From Ignavibacteriota bacterium (GTDB taxonomy: Bacteria; Bacteroidota; Ignavibacteria; Palsa-1295), in NCBI GenBank assembly GCA_963787835.1, contig CAWBEI010000002.1, positions 1,760,001 to 1,824,000 of the forward strand: a stretch of 64,000 nt of DNA. Direction: 5' to 3'. Made by a program: the position numbers and the translations under genes. Below are positions 58,253 to 64,000 of this stretch, piece by piece. A model generated the notes under the pieces. It was not told where the DNA came from. It saw only the letters and a program-made list of their open reading frames with translations, and searched no databases. How positions within the stretch are numbered: the stretch's first letter is position 1; every line of letters starts with the position of its first letter.

Positions 58253-59128
58253 TCAATTTTGCGCTAACTTGTTATGCAGCGTTAATGCGCGCGTTCGTTC
58301 ATCGGCTGTGGCTAATTGCAAATATTTCGTGTCAAAGGCGTCGAGGCACTTACGGGCATCGTCCAGCTTATTGGTTCCGGCATCGATCTCGGCAAGCCGA
58401 AGTTCCGATTCCGGTGCCGGCGGGGTATCGTAATAATTGTCAAGAACGCGCTGATAATAAACAGCAGAGGCTTTAAAATACTCGAGTTTATCATACAACT
58501 GAGCCGATAGAAAATACTTCTGCGCGAGCCGCTTCCTAAGTTCCAGGATCCTCGCCTGGGCGCTATCGACGAGCGACGAACCTGCGAGGCTCATCTCCGC
58601 TTTGGATGCTCGATTGTCAAGTGTACTGGTCGAAGCGCCGCCGGGTGTGCTGGTTGCCCAGGCACTCGACCCGGTTGGAAAGTCGTGCAGAAAATTCTGA
58701 AATTCTGTCAAGGCAAGCACCGTGTACGTCTGGTCCAGTTCAGCCCGAGGGGAAATTTGGAAATAACTTTCGCCCACCATGTATTGTGCTTTGGCCGCGA
58801 AGGGTGAACTCGCATAGTTCCTTCTCACCGCCCGAAAATCGGCCGCTGAGGTGGCGTACTTCTCTTGATTAAATCCCGACATGGCCTCCAGATACGTGGC
58901 TTCAGCCGCGATATTCGAAGCCGGAGCCTGAAGCCGCACTTGCTCGAATAGCCGGCTCGCTTCGATATAATCTTCCTTGGCATAGGCAGCTTTAGCCTCG
59001 GCGAATTGCTGCTCCACTGCCTCTTTGGGTGGAGTTTTGGTCAATTGATCGCTGTCCGAGCCGCAGCCCAGGGCTATCAACGTTAGCGAGGAGAGCGCGG
59101 CAAGGAGAAAGGGTAGTCGGCGTGTCAC
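58253..59128 (-). CDS. bamD: Outer membrane protein assembly factor BamD
   Basis: Lipobox ALGC; TPRs; SPRAELDQTYT...ALTEFQNF...KYFLSAQLY. Confidence 0.85.
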   Translation of the reverse strand: MTRRLPFLLAALSSLTLIALGCGSDSDQLTKTPPKEAVEQQFAEAKAAYAKEDYIEASRLFEQVRLQAPASNIAAEATYLEAMSGFNQEKYATSAADFRAVRRNYASSPFAAKAQYMVGESYFQISPRAELDQTYTVLALTEFQNFLHDFPTGSSAWATSTPGGASTSTLDNRASKAEMSLAGSSLVDSAQARILELRKRLAQKYFLSAQLYDKLEYFKASAVYYQRVLDNYYDTPPAPESELRLAEIDAGTNKLDDARKCLDAFDTKYLQLATADERTRALTLHNKLAQN

Positions 59129-59282
59129 CAATAAAGGAGGGGTTTTCAATGGTAAAATTTGAATGTGTCTCTTAACTACCAGTACGTAGAAAGAGTGCGA
59201 TAGGATGCGCGTGCCCTCCATTTCTTTCCATTTCAAATTTACAGTGGATCGCCACATTTCCGCTTGCTCTTATTGTTCTACC

Positions 59283-59530
59283 AGAAATAGGTGCCATTTC
59301 TTTTTCTTGCAGAGTTCCCGACCACCCTCGTTTCCGAGCTTATTTCGCCATTTGTTGAAAAAATTTTCCACAAATTGCTTTCATGGAGAACTCGTTCATA
59401 GTGAAACCTACAGTTTGTTGTCAATGAACGACACCAGCCCCCCATTCTTAATTCTCAATTTTTAATTGAAAATTGATATAGGTGCCCATAGTCTCACTTC
59501 CAATATACGGTGGGATTTTCCGGAAGTCAA
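59283..59530 (-). repeat. Dispersed non-coding element copy 2
   Basis: See 612-882; TTTTCCACA at 59364-59372; boxA-like motif at 59418-59429. Confidence 0.85.
59502..59530 (-). promoter_or_regulatory. Sigma70-type promoter
   Basis: Minus strand TTGACT-N17-TATATT with an AT-rich upstream tract. Confidence 0.7.
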
Positions 59531-59569
59531 GTGATTCCAGAAAATAATTGATTTTTTCCAAATTGTCTT

Positions 59570-59750
59570 TGGAAGCAGTGTGCACGGAAGAGCTGCTTCC
59601 GTGACCCAGTTCGGGAAGCAGCCAAGCATGAGCGATCATACGTGCTCCTGGCACACAACACATGGAAGTTCAGGTTTCCACTTCGACGAGCGCACCTCTT
59701 GCGGTTGAGCACGGATGCGGGGCACACCAACCACGCAGCCGGTAGCAAAA
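59570..59750. ncRNA. Candidate structured non-coding RNA / mobile-element end (unassigned)
   Basis: GC-rich, no credible ORF, several complementary segments (cacggaag/cttccgtg, gctgcttcc/ggaagcagc, tggaa/ttcca). Confidence 0.3.
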
Positions 59751-59757
59751 AACGCGA

Positions 59758-60732
59758 TTACGATATCTTCACAACAAGGCGCTGACCATTTGGAACATCC
59801 AGGTTCCAAAGCTCTGCAATGTCCTCTAATTTAACGGTGATCGTTTCAACGTGGAGCTTGCCTTCGGATGCTAACTGGAACATTTCAGGAAGTATTTCGC
59901 GAAAAAGCTGGCGAACCTGCTGCTTCGACCATGCGCCAAGCCCCGACCCACTCAATTGGAGATCAACGCTTCGCAGATTTGCGGCCGATAATTGGATCAG
60001 ATCGACCGTCATGCTTCCAATGGACACATAGCGTATCTTGTTAGTAAAGGAACCATCGCCTTTCAGACAGGCGAGGATCATTTCTGCGGTGTGACCCCAT
60101 AGATAATCAATGATGACATCGATAGGTGTGCGAGAATGAATTGTGGAAATCCGTGCTCTAAATTGATCGTCATCCTGAACGACGGAAACAACCTCATCTG
60201 CCCCGAGCGACAATAAGTCTTGAAGCGATTGCGGATTTCTGCCGGTTGCGATCACTCGTTTTGCGCCATAGTGTTTGGCAATTTGTACGGCGCACCGACC
60301 AGTAAAGCCGGTAGCGCCATTGATGAGCACTACATCGCCGGGCTGAATATCCGCTTTGAAACGCAAGCCCATCGCCGAACCCATAACAGCATTCGGAAGA
60401 GCCGCCGCAGTTGCATCGTCCAGAGCGTCGGGAACCGCAACGATGCGATCTTGCTCGATGGTCGCGAGTTCTGCCATCATACCGCTCGCGCCGATCGCAT
60501 AGACTCGAGTTCCGTCAGGAAGCAAGCAAACGCCATCGCCGCCGATCACCTTGGCCTGCGACGTAGCCGCACCGCTGGAATAATGAGTCCCGGCGGCGCG
60601 ACCCCTATCTAAGCGTTTAATTGCAACCGTCTTCACATGCACCAATACTTCGTCGCTATTTTGAACGGTTGGTTCCGGGAAATCAACGTACTGGGGCAAT
60701 TCACCCTTCTGATAGATAACGGCTGCTTTCAT
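59758..60732 (-). CDS. MDR-family (quinone oxidoreductase / Zn-ADH-like) oxidoreductase
   Basis: IGGDGV, AAALPN, VLINGATGFTG, DVIIDYLWG. Confidence 0.88.
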   Translation of the reverse strand: MKAAVIYQKGELPQYVDFPEPTVQNSDEVLVHVKTVAIKRLDRGRAAGTHYSSGAATSQAKVIGGDGVCLLPDGTRVYAIGASGMMAELATIEQDRIVAVPDALDDATAAALPNAVMGSAMGLRFKADIQPGDVVLINGATGFTGRCAVQIAKHYGAKRVIATGRNPQSLQDLLSLGADEVVSVVQDDDQFRARISTIHSRTPIDVIIDYLWGHTAEMILACLKGDGSFTNKIRYVSIGSMTVDLIQLSAANLRSVDLQLSGSGLGAWSKQQVRQLFREILPEMFQLASEGKLHVETITVKLEDIAELWNLDVPNGQRLVVKIS

Positions 60733-60769
60733 TCGATGCTAAAACGTATAACGGACTCCTAAGTGCCGG

Positions 60770-61062
60770 ATGCACGACGTACCCAATAGCCCAGGGTGAA
60801 GCAAAGCAGAACCCTGGGTGACGATTCATCTTTCTCCCCTCCCGCACCAGCGGGAGGGGCCGGGGGAGGGTGTGTCGTTTATTCAAACGTCACATTACAC
60901 CGCGACTCCCTCCCCTAACCCCTCCCGCAAGCGGGAGGGGAATAATTCATCGCCCTTTCAGGGCTTGGGAGCCTAAGACGCGACGCTATCCCACCCGCCG
61001 CGGCGGGCGCTCGCAAGCTCGCTACACCCTGGGCTGCGAGTACTCCGTCGCTCCGCGACTAA
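60770..61062. repeat. REP/REPIN-like composite with a nested second palindrome family (60833-60942)
   Basis: Ends match 1655-1877; interior cccctcccgc..gcgggagggg pair. Confidence 0.8.
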
Positions 61063-61241
61063 ACTTGCCCTATCTCATCTTTCATCTTTTCCCCGTCCCC
61101 GCCAGCCGCGAAATTCGAAATTTTGCTATAGCTCCATTGGGGTGACGTAGTTTGTGCTGCGCGGAAAAAACCCCAGTTTATGGTATTAATTTTTGACCTG
61201 TTTTCCAAGAAACACAGAAATCGGTTCGCGTAATTCTGTTT

Positions 61242-63443
61242 ATGAAAATTCTTGCCTTCCTCACAATATATACCTTTGCAACCGCCGAATGTAGTGCACA
61301 GACTGATTCGTTGGAGTCTTTTTCGATCTGTGGCTCGGTGATTTCATCTGGTGACAGCACTCCAATTGCAGGCTGTCGAGTTAAGCTTGCTGAATTGAAA
61401 GCAGGCCCACTAACTGATACGAATGGGAAGTTTTGTTTACACGTTCTCAAAGGCGGCTCACATACACTAATTATCACGGCCTATGGACATACCTCATTGC
61501 ATCAAACAATCTCCTTGTGGAATCGTGATACTTTTATTACCTTCTTACTCACTCAACGTCCGATTTCAGCAGATACGATTGAAGTTCAAGCATCAAGAGT
61601 AGAAACGGAACCTAGCATGAAGCAATCAGCTAAGGTTCATCCGAGCTTGGTGACTATTTCAGATTCAAATTTTAACACTCCATTCTCAATCTATGAAGAT
61701 CCATCAAGAATAGCACAGACCTTTGCAGGTGTCTCCAGCAGTAGCGCAATCAATAATGAAATCGTTGTACGTGGTGGTTCGCCAAATGAGGTTCTATGGA
61801 AACTTGACGGAATGGATATCCCGAACCCAAATCATTTTGCTCGAGCCGGGACGGCAGGAGGGGTTTTGAGTGCAATTAATCCGACTATGCTCTCAAACGG
61901 CGATTTTTACTCCGGTGCATTTCCTGCTGAATTCGGTTCGCGTCTGTCAGCAGTGTACGATCTGCATACTCGGGATGGAAATCTCGAACAGTGGAAATGG
62001 AGCGCACAAGTTAGTTTTATAGGGTTGGAAGGTTCCGTTGAAGGGCCAATTGGAACAAGCGGAAGCTCGCTACTTATGGGCGTTCGGTACTCCACCCTTC
62101 AAATGCTTCAGAATACTGGCGCTTTGAACCTTAGCTCTATTCCCAGCTTCGACGATCTCAATACAAAAATGCACTTTATCCTCAGCCCCTTGGATACGTT
62201 AAACATGACAGCCCTTTGGGGTTCATCAACAGTTGATCTTGCTCAAAGAACAGATCAGGTAAGTAGCGGTTCTGGGGTCGATGCTATCGGACTTCGGTGG
62301 TTGCATTCGTTTTTACCAAGCACCTCCATGGAGGTCGCAGTTAGTAAAGTAGATAATTCATACAGGGATGATTTCGATACTTTAGCGTCGAACCAAAAAG
62401 AAGGATATGTTGGCGCGCGAATAGGTCTCTCTTACCGGTCTGATTCTACCACGGCTCTAAATTTTGGGTTGGAAGGGAGACGAGAGCAACTACCTACCAT
62501 TGCGGGAACTGGAACGGATTCATCCCTGATATCGCCAGCAACAAATTACTACTCCACTTTTGGTGAATGGATATGGACACCAGTGAAGTGGATCTCTTTG
62601 AACTCTGGGGTCTATTCTCAATATCTGGCCATAAGTAATCAAAGTTCCATCGAACCACGAGAGTCTTTGACGTTCCATCTTGGCAGTGATCACAGCCTCT
62701 GGCTTGCGTATGGACTTCATCGCCAGCCGGAATTACTCCAATTTGTTCAGGCTGATCATTTCGTTGCCGGATATAGCTACAACCCCGATCCCACGCTTTT
62801 ATTTAAGATCGAGGGATATCAGAAATATTATTCCCACGCTCCGATAGACGCTCAATCGGATGCCTTCTCACTACTTAACAGCGGCGTTGGAACAGACGAT
62901 AACTATAGCACCTATGTCTATGCAGGGAAGGGTAAAGTTACCGGGGCTGAAATGACGTGGTCAGCTCGAAATGATGCGTCTTACGCTTTGATCACAGCGT
63001 CCTACGTCCATCAGCAGTATTTAGCGTCGGATGGCATTTGGCGTGACGGAGCTTTCGATAGCAGGTTCATTTTCAATGTGGTCTCCGGAGAGACCGTTCA
63101 TTTCCGAGGCACGACAACATTAACACTCACGGAAAAATTAGTTGTTGTGGGCGGAAATCCTTATACACCAATTGACCTCGCAGCGTCTGCAAGTGCAGGA
63201 ACTACCATTCTCGATTCATCACAAACACTCGGTGCCAGGAATCCTCCTTACATCCGTTTGGATGTTGGTGTCGATGTCGGACTAAAGTGGAACAGCATGT
63301 CGATCGATATATATTTAAATGTTCTTAATGCGCTCGGAATCAATAATATTCTTGACCGCTACTATGATACTTATTTCAAGGACGTGGATTATGATTACGA
63401 TCTACCGTTCGTACCGATTCTTGGAATTCGTGTAACCGATTAA
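61242..63443 (+). CDS. TonB-dependent receptor with N-terminal carboxypeptidase-regulatory-like domain
   Basis: TDTNGKF; NEIVVRGGSPNE...LDGMDIPNPNHF; FYSGAFPAEFG; YIRLDV. Confidence 0.85.
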   Translation: MKILAFLTIYTFATAECSAQTDSLESFSICGSVISSGDSTPIAGCRVKLAELKAGPLTDTNGKFCLHVLKGGSHTLIITAYGHTSLHQTISLWNRDTFITFLLTQRPISADTIEVQASRVETEPSMKQSAKVHPSLVTISDSNFNTPFSIYEDPSRIAQTFAGVSSSSAINNEIVVRGGSPNEVLWKLDGMDIPNPNHFARAGTAGGVLSAINPTMLSNGDFYSGAFPAEFGSRLSAVYDLHTRDGNLEQWKWSAQVSFIGLEGSVEGPIGTSGSSLLMGVRYSTLQMLQNTGALNLSSIPSFDDLNTKMHFILSPLDTLNMTALWGSSTVDLAQRTDQVSSGSGVDAIGLRWLHSFLPSTSMEVAVSKVDNSYRDDFDTLASNQKEGYVGARIGLSYRSDSTTALNFGLEGRREQLPTIAGTGTDSSLISPATNYYSTFGEWIWTPVKWISLNSGVYSQYLAISNQSSIEPRESLTFHLGSDHSLWLAYGLHRQPELLQFVQADHFVAGYSYNPDPTLLFKIEGYQKYYSHAPIDAQSDAFSLLNSGVGTDDNYSTYVYAGKGKVTGAEMTWSARNDASYALITASYVHQQYLASDGIWRDGAFDSRFIFNVVSGETVHFRGTTTLTLTEKLVVVGGNPYTPIDLAASASAGTTILDSSQTLGARNPPYIRLDVGVDVGLKWNSMSIDIYLNVLNALGINNILDRYYDTYFKDVDYDYDLPFVPILGIRVTD

Positions 63444-63615
63444 GCTGCTGGCGTACCCACGAATCGTAAGGTTACGAACGAACGGACGTGCTCAGCGGGT
63501 CCCCATACTTATTGTATTTATAATAATAATTTTCTTCTGATCTACCCATATCCACAACAGCCCTGCGTTTTAAGGTAGATCGTCCCAGCGTCAGATTCAG
63601 GAACGTAAGTGAAGC

Positions 63616-64000
63616 CTACCCCTCCAACATCTCCCCCACAATTTTCACCGGTGGAGATCCCCAGCTTAGCAGGCGGTTGTGGAAATCGGAGAGAGAGAAG
63701 CGGCCATCAGTTTCGCGCTGCAAGCGGGAGCGTAGTTCCCTTATCTGGAACTTACCGAGCGTATAGAATAAATAGCCGGGATCGAACACCCCGCGCTCGG
63801 CTTCACGTTTGGCGGCATGGGGCCGCAGCAGCGCTTTTTCTTCGAACAAATGCTGCGCCTCGGAGAGCGTCATCGTGCCGGAGTGCAGCCCTATCGCCGA
63901 AAGATACCGTGCCACGCGTATCAGCGCTTCCTGAATGTAGGCCAGCCGAATGCGTGCGTCGCCGGAACCCCAGCCTTGTTCGAGCATCATTTCTTCGGTG
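63616..64000 (-). CDS. DUF885-family protein, 3' part (5' end off window)
   Basis: EAERGVFDPGYLFYTLGKFQIRELR...FSLSDFHNRLLSWGSPP. Confidence 0.85.
   Translation of the reverse strand, partial: TEEMMLEQGWGSGDARIRLAYIQEALIRVARYLSAIGLHSGTMTLSEAQHLFEEKALLRPHAAKREAERGVFDPGYLFYTLGKFQIRELRSRLQRETDGRFSLSDFHNRLLSWGSPPVKIVGEMLEG

Noticed and set aside
59600-59630. SRP (4.5S) RNA because of ggaagcagccaag
   Set aside because: The upstream CAGG-NNN-GNAA part of helix 8 and the long enclosing stem are missing.

Overview
Chromosomal window (about 50% GC by eye) from a Gram-negative bacterium of the Bacteroidota/FCB group, probably Ignavibacteria/Kapabacteria-like. This placement is inferred from T9SS C-terminal sorting domains, a TonB-dependent receptor, an alpha2-type GlyRS and a TAnnTTTG promoter. 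The backbone is housekeeping and envelope genes: hldE-like kinase, PHP phosphatase plus wzc, groES-groEL with a CIRCE operator, rluE-type synthase, folP, PBP1A, glyQS, smpB, tyrS, tricorn protease, dusB, tgt, bamD, tRNA-Glu and tRNA-Met. The first 18 kb hold six toxin-antitoxin pairs (two toxins broken by point lesions), a low-GC TIR-domain gene and ORFans. There is no integrase, transposase, rRNA or CRISPR. The most unusual signal is non-coding. (1) A GxxExxY nuclease-fold gene sits in ~45-bp inverted repeats with 9-nt GGAT periodicity, and a third copy brackets a secreted cargo gene. (2) A dispersed ~250-270-bp element combining a sigma70-type promoter, a boxA-like motif and paired DnaA-box-like sites lies upstream of both hldE and bamD. 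(3) Several palindromic repeat families delimit accessory cassettes, donate start/stop codons, nest in each other, and one sits in frame inside a TrmH-family gene. (4) An ECF-type GGAAC-N17-NGTT motif precedes many genes, including housekeeping ones. All family assignments come from motif recognition by eye, not database searches.
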